A stretch of 27,800 bases of DNA from an archaeon (GTDB taxonomy: Archaea > Iainarchaeota > Iainarchaeia > Iainarchaeales > CSSED10-239): NCBI GenBank assembly GCA_041677685.1, contig JBAYPN010000010.1, forward strand, positions 1-27,800. The letters are read 5' to 3'. Shown in pieces: positions 6,749-14,737 of this stretch. The translations under genes and the position numbers were made by a program. The notes under the pieces are model-generated. The model was not told the DNA's origin. It did no database searches and saw only the letters and a program-made list of their open reading frames with translations. Each line of letters opens with the position of its first letter. The first letter of the stretch is position 1.

Positions 6749-8896
6749 ATGGCAGAAATAGACTTAGACAAAGAACTACAAGACATTGATTTTGTAGACT
6801 CTAAAAATTTAGCAATAGAAGAATACATAGACATTCTTTTTGAATTCTTTGAGGAAGTTTATAAAAAAGAAATTGAAGTTCTAGCCTCTATTTACCCTCA
6901 AGAAAGATCCTTTGACATTGATTATAAAAAGTTAGAGGATTTTGATCTAAATGTTTCTGAAAAATTACTTGAAAATCCACACTTGATAACTGAAGCTGCA
7001 AATGCTGCAATCAATAAAATGGATATAGGAATTTTAGATTCTGAGGTTGAGTCTAATTTCGCACCAATTGTTAGATTTTTTAATCTGCCTGAAGAGTATA
7101 GGGTGGCAATAAGGGATGTTGGTGCTATACATATTGCAAAGTTAACCTCTTTAGAAGGAACAATTAGGTTGATTACTGAGAGATTAGAAAAATTAACTGT
7201 CGCTCATTTTGTTTGCAGGAAATGTGGGACTGGTGTGAACTTAAGTCAAAAAACCCAACAACTTGTAAAACCAATCATGTGTGGAGAATGTAAGGGTAGG
7301 GAGTTTGATATTGATCTAGATCAATCAAAATTTATTGATTACCAAAAAATACAAATGCAAGAGCCATTAGAGAGTTTAAAAGGTTCTGACCAAGCTGCAA
7401 ACATTGATGTTTATCTTTCTGAAGATTTAGTTAATAGAGTTTCTGCAGGAGACAAAATTGTTGTAACTGGAGTTTTAAAGTTAAGGCCTCCAAAGGGAGA
7501 CACAAACATCTTTGGAAAATATATTGTTGCAAATCATATTCTAAAAGTTGATCAAGAATATGAAGAACTAAAGATCTCAATTGATGAGGAAAAAGAAATA
7601 ATTGAACTTTCAAAAAAAGCAGACATCTATGACCTATTATCAAAGTCAATTGCTCCAAACATCTTTGGACATGATGTTGTAAAAGAAGCAATAACCTTAC
7701 AGATGTTTGGTGGTGTGAAAAAAGAGATTGCTAAACAAAAGCTAAGAGGAAATATCCATGTGCTTTTGGTTGGTGACCCATCTACTGGTAAATCTAAACT
7801 TTTAGAGTATGCAAACATCCTTGCCCCAAAGAGTGTGTATGTTGCTGGAAAGACAGTTTCTGGAGCTGGATTAACTGTGAGTGCTGTTAAGGATGAGTTT
7901 GGAGAAGGTGGTTGGACCCTAAAGGCAGGAGCAGTGATTTTAGCAAGTGGAGGGATGGCAATGATTGATGAGTTTGACAAAATCAACCCGGATGACCGTA
8001 GTTCTTTACATGAAGCTATGGCTCAATCAACTGTCTCTGTTTCTAAAGCTGGACTATACAGTAAATTTAAGGCAGACACCTCAATTTTAGCTGCTGCAAA
8101 TCCAAAATACAATCGTTTTGATCCTTACAAAAACCCAATTGAACAAATTGATCTTCCTTTTTCTTTAATTTCTCGTTTTGATCTATATTTTGTAATTCCT
8201 GATGTCTTAGACAGAACCATGGACTTAAATATTGCAAAGCATGTTTTAAAGACCCAAGAGCTCGCACAGAAAATGTCTCATTCAGAAAAATCAAACTCTA
8301 TATCTAAAGAGGACCTTGAAGAGATAGAAAAAAAGATACTTCCAGCAATTGAACCAAATATTTATAAAAAGTATGTTGCCTTTTCAAGACAGAACATTAA
8401 GCCAGTGTTAACAGCTAAGGCTTCTGAAAAGATTCTAAACTATTATGTGGAGTTAAGAGATCTTGGTAGAAACTCAAGAAGCTTCTCTGCAACTCCAAGA
8501 CAGCTAGAGGGACTAATAAGGCTTTCAGAAGCAAGTGCAAAAATAAAATTAAAAAACATAATTGAAGAAGAGGATGCTGAGAGAGCGATTAGGATTTTTA
8601 AAACTTCTTTAGAGCAAACAGCACTTGACAAAGAAACAGGAAAAATAGATATTGATATTCTTCAGACAGGCCAGTCTCAGTCTGAAAGAAACTTAGTCAA
8701 GACTATTTTAAAATTTATAAAAGATCTTTCAGCTAATGGAGAGCCAGTTCCTACAAAGGAGTTGTATGATTTTGCTGAGGAGAATAATATTACAAGAGAG
8801 AAGGCTCAAGATGCTGTTATTAAGCTTAAGAAGATTGGAGACATCTATGAGCCAAGAAATGGTTTGTTAAAAGCAACAGAACCTGATTCTTTTTAA
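6749..8896 (+). CDS. mcm: MCM replicative helicase
   Basis: It has Zn finger CRKC..x17..CGEC, Walker A GDPSTGKSKLL, Walker B MIDEFDK, arginine finger SRFDL and a C-terminal winged-helix-like tail. At 715 aa it contains no intein. Confidence 0.95.
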   Translation: MAEIDLDKELQDIDFVDSKNLAIEEYIDILFEFFEEVYKKEIEVLASIYPQERSFDIDYKKLEDFDLNVSEKLLENPHLITEAANAAINKMDIGILDSEVESNFAPIVRFFNLPEEYRVAIRDVGAIHIAKLTSLEGTIRLITERLEKLTVAHFVCRKCGTGVNLSQKTQQLVKPIMCGECKGREFDIDLDQSKFIDYQKIQMQEPLESLKGSDQAANIDVYLSEDLVNRVSAGDKIVVTGVLKLRPPKGDTNIFGKYIVANHILKVDQEYEELKISIDEEKEIIELSKKADIYDLLSKSIAPNIFGHDVVKEAITLQMFGGVKKEIAKQKLRGNIHVLLVGDPSTGKSKLLEYANILAPKSVYVAGKTVSGAGLTVSAVKDEFGEGGWTLKAGAVILASGGMAMIDEFDKINPDDRSSLHEAMAQSTVSVSKAGLYSKFKADTSILAAANPKYNRFDPYKNPIEQIDLPFSLISRFDLYFVIPDVLDRTMDLNIAKHVLKTQELAQKMSHSEKSNSISKEDLEEIEKKILPAIEPNIYKKYVAFSRQNIKPVLTAKASEKILNYYVELRDLGRNSRSFSATPRQLEGLIRLSEASAKIKLKNIIEEEDAERAIRIFKTSLEQTALDKETGKIDIDILQTGQSQSERNLVKTILKFIKDLSANGEPVPTKELYDFAEENNITREKAQDAVIKLKKIGDIYEPRNGLLKATEPDSF

Positions 8897-8931
8897 AGAC
8901 TTTTGATATATTATTTTGTTAGTGTTTGTAT

Positions 8932-9501
8932 ATGGTTGAAGAAAAAAGAGATGTTGAAAAAAAACTTAACATTTCCTATAAAGAATTTGACAAGTCTAAT
9001 CTTGAACAATTATTTTCAAATGAAAAGCTTTTAAAAGATTTATACTTTGTAAAGTTTGGAGAACCCTTTAAAAAAACACCTAAAAGAAATTTAGTTTCTA
9101 TTATGAGTTCTCTTTTTACAAAAGATGGCGTTACCTTTTTAATCTTAAATAATAATAGAGCAATTGGTTTTACAACTGGAAAAATTGTTGAAAAAACATA
9201 TCATAGTTTTAGTACAATTTTACATAAAGATTATCAAGGAAAGGGTATTGGAAAGAAATTAATTTTTAGAAAGTTAGCTTACCTTATACACAAAAAAGGA
9301 ATTATTAATTTTCAAAATTACTTTGTTGGAAATAATAAAATCTACAGCATTAATGAAGCTTTTGTAAATAGAAAAAAATTAACTGAAAATATGGTTGGAA
9401 AATATAAATCCCAATTAAATTTAGAAACTGAAAAATATTTACATTCTAAAACAAAAAAAGTAAAACATAAAAATAATATTTCTATTAAAAGACCAAAATA
9501 A
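8932..9501 (+). CDS. GNAT-like acetyltransferase, paralog 1 (basic C-terminal tail)
   Basis: It carries the motif A-like HKDYQGKGIGKKLIFRKLAYL (Q-x-x-G-x-G). The first ATG is at 8932, and the track starts at a TTG at 8926. It is unit 1 of the 622-bp tandem duplication. Confidence 0.6.
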   Translation: MVEEKRDVEKKLNISYKEFDKSNLEQLFSNEKLLKDLYFVKFGEPFKKTPKRNLVSIMSSLFTKDGVTFLILNNNRAIGFTTGKIVEKTYHSFSTILHKDYQGKGIGKKLIFRKLAYLIHKKGIINFQNYFVGNNKIYSINEAFVNRKKLTENMVGKYKSQLNLETEKYLHSKTKKVKHKNNISIKRPK

Positions 9502-10213
9502 TTTTAGAAAAAACCAAATTAAAGAGATCATTTATTTAAAAATAATAAATATCTATAAAAAGGAAAAGAGAATGGCTGAAAAAAAACTTAACATTTCCTA
9601 TAAAGAATTTGACAAGTCTAATCTTGAACAATTATTTTCAAATGAAAAGCTCTTAAAAGATTTATACTTTGTAAAGTTTGGAGAACCCTTTAAAGGCATT
9701 AATAAGAAAGTTTTAGAATCTTCTCTTCATGATTTTTTTAAAAAACAATATTCTACATTTATAATTTTAAATAACAATAAAGTAATTGGTTTTACAACTG
9801 GTGTGATTTTAGATAAAACATTTATTAGCGTTCACACATATGTTCATAAAGACTATCAAGGAAAGGGTGTAGGAAAGAAATTAATTTTTAGAAAGTTAGC
9901 TTACTTGATACACAAAAAAGGAATTATTAATTTTCAAAACCCTAGTGTTAAAAATAATAAAATCTATAGCATTAATGAGGCTTTTGTTAACAGAAAAAGT
10001 TTAAGTGAAAATGCAACTAAAAAATATAAAGCAGAATTAAAACAAAAAAAAGAAACTTACATAAATTCTAAAACAAAAGAAAAAAGATTTAAGAATAGTA
10101 TTGTTATTAAAAGACCAAAATAATTTTAGAAAAAACCAAATTAAAGAGATCATTAATTTAAAAATAATAAATATCTATAAAAAGGAAAAGAGAATGGCTG
10201 AAAAAAAACTTAA
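8956..10213 (+). repeat. Tandem duplication with an exact 622-bp period: two full units plus the first ~14 nt of a third
   Basis: The string gaaaaaaaactta starts at 8956, 9578 and 10200. Block 8956-9072 versus 9578-9694 differs at one position. Block 9483-9577 versus 10105-10199 differs at one position. The central parts are clearly more diverged. Confidence 0.9.
9572..10123 (+). CDS. GNAT-like acetyltransferase, paralog 2
   Basis: It has the same architecture as paralog 1, with HKDYQGKGVGKKLIFRKLAYL. An aaaaggaaaagaga purine-rich box precedes the ATG. Confidence 0.6.
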   Translation: MAEKKLNISYKEFDKSNLEQLFSNEKLLKDLYFVKFGEPFKGINKKVLESSLHDFFKKQYSTFIILNNNKVIGFTTGVILDKTFISVHTYVHKDYQGKGVGKKLIFRKLAYLIHKKGIINFQNPSVKNNKIYSINEAFVNRKSLSENATKKYKAELKQKKETYINSKTKEKRFKNSIVIKRPK

Positions 10214-11057
10214 TTCAAAATTTGTAATTTTTTTTATAATTCTTTTCCTATTTATACAAGTGCTTGGTTTAATTACTGCAAACTACTATTCCTCGCAAGA
10301 AGACATAAGGTTAACAATAATTACAGACAACCCTGATGACATCATTAACGCAATTGCAATTATTGTAGAGATTGTTTTACTAACAGGCCTTATGCTTTTT
10401 CTAAAAAGATTTTTTAAAAAAACAAGATACCTCTCAATCTTTGAATTTTTGGCTTTGTTTTTTGGAATGATAGTTGTTCTTGATGTCTTTTTAGATTATT
10501 TTGCAGCAATCCTTGTTTCTGCAATCTTATTACTTATTAGAAACTATTTAGGTAGACACTCTTCTTTTAAAAAAATCCTACTCTGGTATAATAATTTCCT
10601 ACTATCTTTAGCAATTGCTGGTGCAGGGTCATTGATTGGTCTATCTTTAGGTCTACTCCCAGTCATTGTGTTTTTAGTTCTTCTCTCAATCTACGACATT
10701 ATTGCAGTTTTTTACACAAAGCACATGGTTACTCTTGCAAAGATGTTTATTAAACAGAAGTTAGCCTTAACCTTTGCGCTTCCCTTAAAAAAGAAAGTTT
10801 ACCAACTAGGAGGTGGAGACATTGTTGTTCCATTAACTGTTTCTGCAAGTTTTTTCTTTGTCTTAATTAGAACTTACCCTTTTAAAGTTGCAATAATCCC
10901 AATTATATTAATTTGGGTTGCTTCAATTGTTGGTTTACTTGGAACCTTTTGGTATCTTTCAATTAACAAAAGAAAAATTAAAGTTCTTCCTGCTTTACCA
11001 CCTCAAGCAATATTGATCCTAATTTCAATAATTATAAGTTATTTGTTTATTCTTTAA
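10194..11057 (+). CDS. Presenilin / signal-peptide-peptidase family intramembrane aspartyl protease (A22, PSH-like)
   Basis: The 287-aa protein is polytopic and hydrophobic. All three signature motifs occur in the correct order: LSIYDIIAV (YD), LGGGDIVVP (GxGD) and LPALPP (PAL). I place the start at ATG 10194, because the track's extension from 10101 reads through the duplicated intergenic spacer. Confidence 0.75.
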   Translation: MAEKKLNSKFVIFFIILFLFIQVLGLITANYYSSQEDIRLTIITDNPDDIINAIAIIVEIVLLTGLMLFLKRFFKKTRYLSIFEFLALFFGMIVVLDVFLDYFAAILVSAILLLIRNYLGRHSSFKKILLWYNNFLLSLAIAGAGSLIGLSLGLLPVIVFLVLLSIYDIIAVFYTKHMVTLAKMFIKQKLALTFALPLKKKVYQLGGGDIVVPLTVSASFFFVLIRTYPFKVAIIPIILIWVASIVGLLGTFWYLSINKRKIKVLPALPPQAILILISIIISYLFIL

Positions 11058-11124
11058 AGATTAAAAAAGCACAGACTTTGCTTGTTCCAAATTCTTTAAA
11101 TACCTTTTGCACTATATAATATTT

Positions 11125-11556
11125 ATGAGTAAAGAAGAAACTTCAAAAGATTTAGATTATAAAACCTTATTAGACAGAATTTACATGTCTTTACCTGAAA
11201 GAACATTATCTAGTTCTAGATTTGAACTTCCAAGAGCAGAGTCAATGCTTCAAGGTAAACAAACTATTTGGAAGAACTTTTCTAAAGTTGCAAAGGATCT
11301 AAAAAGAGATGAAAATCAATTATATAAATTTGTAATGAAGGAGATTTCAACATCTTCTGCAATCACAAATGGAACTTTAGTCTTAAATGGTATTTTTAAT
11401 AATTATAAAATCAATTTGACCTTAGACAAGTATATTAAAAATTTTGTATTATGCTCAGCATGTAAAAAACCAGACACTGACATTGTTTCCCAAAATGGTG
11501 TAAAGGTCTTGAAGTGCAGTGCTTGTGGAGCAATAACACCATTACCAAAAATATAA
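11125..11556 (+). CDS. eif2b: Translation initiation factor aIF2 beta subunit
   Basis: It matches the eIF2-beta/eIF5 family: LLDRIY..LP, FELPRAE..QGKQTIWKNF, and the C-terminal zinc ribbon CSACKKPDT ... CSACGA. The ATG at 11125 is preferred to the TTG at 11107. Confidence 0.85.
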   Translation: MSKEETSKDLDYKTLLDRIYMSLPERTLSSSRFELPRAESMLQGKQTIWKNFSKVAKDLKRDENQLYKFVMKEISTSSAITNGTLVLNGIFNNYKINLTLDKYIKNFVLCSACKKPDTDIVSQNGVKVLKCSACGAITPLPKI

Positions 11557-11569
11557 TTTTGAAAAAGAC

Positions 11570-11860
11570 ATGATTGGAAAATTTCATAAAAGTCCTATAG
11601 GAAATATCTTTGCAGCTTGTGATAAGGAGCTATTAGGTTCTAAAATTATTTTTGATGATGTTGAGATCCACATAAACAAGGCTTTCTATGGTGTTGACAC
11701 AATTACAGAAGAAGAATTACTAACAAACATTAACAAGGCAGACAGTGTTAATATCTTTGGAAATAAGATCTGTTCTTTTTTAGTTTCTAAAAAGGTAATT
11801 ACAAAGGAACAAATAATTATAATCAACAACATCTCACACATACAGATTTATAAAATTTAA
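11570..11860 (+). CDS. DUF424-family conserved archaeal protein
   Basis: AACDKELLGSKI ... AFYG ... EEELL ... NIFGNK ... ISHIQIYKI matches the DUF424 pattern (vaaCDeeLlGk ... FYgge ... nlvGe ... PHaqif). The position next to aIF2-beta is typical. Confidence 0.7.
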   Translation: MIGKFHKSPIGNIFAACDKELLGSKIIFDDVEIHINKAFYGVDTITEEELLTNINKADSVNIFGNKICSFLVSKKVITKEQIIIINNISHIQIYKI

Positions 11861-12001
11861 GTCTAAAAAATAATTATTATGTGTTTAAAAAAAACAATTT
11901 AAAAAAGAAATTAAACTTAAAGACAATTTTAAAGAACAATTTAAAATAATTTTTAAAAAAAGAAATTAAAGATAATTTAAAAATAAAGGAGTGATTAACT
12001 T

Positions 12002-12382
12002 TTGACAGAAAATAATAATACAAACAACCCAGAAACTTATAAGAGAATGAGAGTTGCAAATAAGGCTGATCTTGAGCAATTTGGAAAGGTGACTCAACTT
12101 ATGGGTGTAAACAATATCCAAATTATGTGTGAAGATGGAAAAGAAAGAATCTGTAGAATTCCTGGAAAGATGTTTAAGCATATTTGGATAAAACCAAATG
12201 ACATAGTGATTGTGAAACTATGGGACTTTCAACCAACCAAAGGAGATGTTGTTTGGAGATATCTAGGTTTTCAAGTTACTCAACTAGAAAAGAAAGGACT
12301 TCTAAATGATCTTTATAAACACACTCATGATGTTATTGGTGAAAGGGAAAGCACAAGACCAGTCTACCATAAAAGAAAATAG
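12002..12382 (+). CDS. eif1a: Translation initiation factor aIF1A
   Basis: It has the S1-like core GKVTQLMGVNNIQIMCEDGKERICRIPGKMFKHIWIKPNDIVIV. The TTG start at 12002 lies 8 nt after GGAGTGAT (11988-11995), a near-perfect anti-16S match. Confidence 0.9.
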   Translation: MTENNNTNNPETYKRMRVANKADLEQFGKVTQLMGVNNIQIMCEDGKERICRIPGKMFKHIWIKPNDIVIVKLWDFQPTKGDVVWRYLGFQVTQLEKKGLLNDLYKHTHDVIGERESTRPVYHKRK

Positions 12383-12419
12383 TTCTTAAATGAAAATAGA
12401 TTTTTAAAATAGATTTCAA

Positions 12420-13160
12420 ATGATTACAAAAAACAGAATTGAGGGATATGTGTTTGATGACCAAACCCATAAAGCATTATTCAAATTATCATCAAATAAG
12501 ATATTTGATAGTATAGACTTTCCAATCGCCTCAGGAAAAGAAGCAATTACCTTTTATGGTCATCTTCAAGACACACCATTAGTTGCAAAAATCTATAAGA
12601 TGGAAACTTCTAATTTTAAAAACTTAGACAAATACATAGATGGAGATTACAGATTCAAAAATGCCTCTAAAGAAAAAAGAGACTTATTTTTAGTTTGGGC
12701 AAATAAGGAATTTAAAAATTTAACTTTAGCTTTAAAGCACGGGGTAAGTTGCCCAATTGTTATTGGTAAAGAAAAAAACATAATCATCATGTCCTTTATT
12801 GGAGAAAACCAAAAAGCCTACCCAAAATTAAATGAAGTTGATTTTGATCTAGATGTTGTTTACCCACAGATTGTAGATAACTATGCAAAGCTATTATATG
12901 GTGCAAAATTAGTTCATGCTGACTTTAGTGCTTTTAATATCTTGATCAACCCAAATGATCAAAAAATAACAATCATTGACATGGGCCAAGCTGTTGTTTG
13001 GTCTCACCCAAAAGCTCAAGAGTTTTTAAAAAGAGATATAATAAATATTATTGATTTTCTAAAAAAGAAATTTAAAAAATTAGAAATAACCTATGACTTT
13101 TTTTTAGAAGATTTAAAAAAGAAAAAAGAAGAGATTTATGGAAGAGATAATAAAAGTTAG
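12420..13160 (+). CDS. rio1: RIO-type serine/threonine protein kinase (Rio1-like, no N-terminal wHTH)
   Basis: It has SGKEAITFYG ... VAKIYK (ATP-binding Lys), LVHADFSAFNILI (catalytic loop) and IIDMGQAV (metal-binding loop). It sits in the canonical aIF1A-Rio-KH neighbourhood. Confidence 0.85.
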   Translation: MITKNRIEGYVFDDQTHKALFKLSSNKIFDSIDFPIASGKEAITFYGHLQDTPLVAKIYKMETSNFKNLDKYIDGDYRFKNASKEKRDLFLVWANKEFKNLTLALKHGVSCPIVIGKEKNIIIMSFIGENQKAYPKLNEVDFDLDVVYPQIVDNYAKLLYGAKLVHADFSAFNILINPNDQKITIIDMGQAVVWSHPKAQEFLKRDIINIIDFLKKKFKKLEITYDFFLEDLKKKKEEIYGRDNKS

Positions 13161-13710
13161 TCATAACAGATTACCTGTAATTATTGGTCCTGATGGATCT
13201 ATTAAAAAAAAAATTTGTAAAGAAACAAAAACAAATTTAGATATTGATAGTTATACAGGAGAAATAATAATTTCTACAGATGTTTCTTTCTTTGAAATCC
13301 ATTTAGCAAAAAACATAATCACAGCAATTGCAAGAGGCTTTTCTCCTGAGAATGCTTTTAAGTTATTAGAGGACGATGTTGTCTTTGATATAATCTATTT
13401 AGATGATTTTGTAACAAGTTCAAAAAAAAGGCACACCCAAATAAAGGGAAGAGTAATTGGAAGAGAAGGTAAAATAAAAAACATGATTGAAAATAGATTA
13501 AATTGTAAACTTGCAATCTATGGAAAAACAGTCTCAATTATTAGCAATCAAGATGATATGAAAAACATAAAATCTATAATTGAACAGATCCTTTCAGGTG
13601 CAAGACATTCAACAGTTTTCAAATCATTAAAGCAATCAGAATTTAAATCAGAAGGTTATAAACCAGTAAAGGAAAAAGAAAATATTGACGATATTACTTT
13701 TACTAAGTAA
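13138..13710 (+). CDS. KH-domain RNA-binding protein (Dim2/Pno1-like)
   Basis: Two KH-like modules are present: VIIGPDGSIKKKI and VIGREGKIKNMIE (GxxG loops). It overlaps the rio stop by 23 nt, consistent with co-translation in the conserved operon. Confidence 0.75.
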   Translation: MEEIIKVSHNRLPVIIGPDGSIKKKICKETKTNLDIDSYTGEIIISTDVSFFEIHLAKNIITAIARGFSPENAFKLLEDDVVFDIIYLDDFVTSSKKRHTQIKGRVIGREGKIKNMIENRLNCKLAIYGKTVSIISNQDDMKNIKSIIEQILSGARHSTVFKSLKQSEFKSEGYKPVKEKENIDDITFTK

Positions 13711-13722
13711 GAGGGAATATGA

Positions 13723-14625
13723 ATGATTCAAGATTATGTTTCTAAAAAATTTATTAAAGAACTAAATGATATAAAAGCTAACAAATTTTTAGAATCCAAT
13801 CCCAATAATTATAAATTTGAATCTTATTCTTTAATCAATATATCTAATTTTCCTAAAGAAGAATTTGTAAATTATTTTTCTAAATATAAGATGGAAGAAT
13901 TAATTAAAATTAGGGAGATTTTAAAAAAATTTAATTTAAATCAGTTGGCTTTTTTTTCCTATGCTTTAGAAGGGAAAGTACTATTACATAGGGATGGAAA
14001 AAAGTTTGTGTCATTAAACAAAGACATGCACAGAATTAAAAACAATTTGCCCTTAACAGAAGGTCCTTTTATAAAAGGTCATTCAGCTTGTAATCGAACA
14101 ATCAATGGCTTTATTAGAGCTTTTGAATCAAGAAATATAGTTTTTTCAAAAGCAATAATTGATGGGAAATTAAAAAGGGTTTTTATAAAAACACCACATG
14201 GTTCTTCTAGTATTTATCTAGACCCTTCAAGAAATTTTCTAGTTTTAGATCCACAGACTTTTAAAGTTTATAATCTGACACACTCCATATCTAATAATAA
14301 TAATCCAGTTTTTTTAGATCTAAAATCTTTAAAAAGACTAGGTGACTTAAATAGATTTCAATATGAGCATAAGGTTTATAACAATTATTTAAAAACAGTT
14401 GCTGGGGTTTTGGATACGTTTATCTTACAAAAAACGATTTCTAATTTTTTAAACATGGCTTATAAAAAAGACGGTGTTTTAGGATTAACAAGAATTAAGA
14501 GGATTTATAAAGCTCAGAAAAAATTTGTTGCTAAAAAAGAAGCTGCTAAAAAAGGTCCTTTTAAAGTTAAAAGTTCAAAAAAAAGTATTTTTCCAAAAAG
14601 TATTTTTCCTAAAAAAAGAATTTGA
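13723..14625 (+). CDS. Hypothetical protein with a lysine-rich C-terminal tail
   Basis: The 300-aa ORF starts 12 nt after the KH gene, preceded by gaggg. I recognise no motif. The tail contains an in-frame 15-nt tandem duplication (14581-14610, KSIFPKSIFP). Confidence 0.6.
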   Translation: MIQDYVSKKFIKELNDIKANKFLESNPNNYKFESYSLINISNFPKEEFVNYFSKYKMEELIKIREILKKFNLNQLAFFSYALEGKVLLHRDGKKFVSLNKDMHRIKNNLPLTEGPFIKGHSACNRTINGFIRAFESRNIVFSKAIIDGKLKRVFIKTPHGSSSIYLDPSRNFLVLDPQTFKVYNLTHSISNNNNPVFLDLKSLKRLGDLNRFQYEHKVYNNYLKTVAGVLDTFILQKTISNFLNMAYKKDGVLGLTRIKRIYKAQKKFVAKKEAAKKGPFKVKSSKKSIFPKSIFPKKRI

Positions 14626-14737
14626 TTTTAAATTAATTTTTAATTTTTATTTTCTTTTATTTATTTTTTAATTCTATTTTTTTTATTTTTTATTCTCTAG
14701 TCCTAATTTTTTATTTTTCATTTTTCAAATCTAAAAT

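Noticed and set aside
7431-8631. Minus-strand ORFs inside mcm (7431-7691, 7627-7986, 8067-8294, 8443-8631)
   Set aside because: They lie entirely within a gene with unambiguous MCM motifs on the opposite strand. Their Leu/Ser/Cys/Phe-rich translations have no recognisable motif, so they are antisense shadow ORFs.
10101-10193. N-terminal 31-codon extension of the presenilin ORF (MLLKDQNNFRKNQIKEIINLKIINIYKKEKR)
   Set aside because: It reads through the stop region and spacer of the duplicated unit, and the identical spacer upstream of GNAT paralog 2 is non-coding. The ATG at 10194 has the same purine-rich box and the same MAEKKLN start as paralog 2.
11877-12181. Minus-strand ORFs 11877-12059 and 11966-12181, and ORF 5068-5256(-)
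   Set aside because: They span A/T-rich promoter DNA and the 5' ends of aIF1A or rpa. Their translations are Phe/Lys/Leu low-complexity, and the opposite-strand genes are secure.
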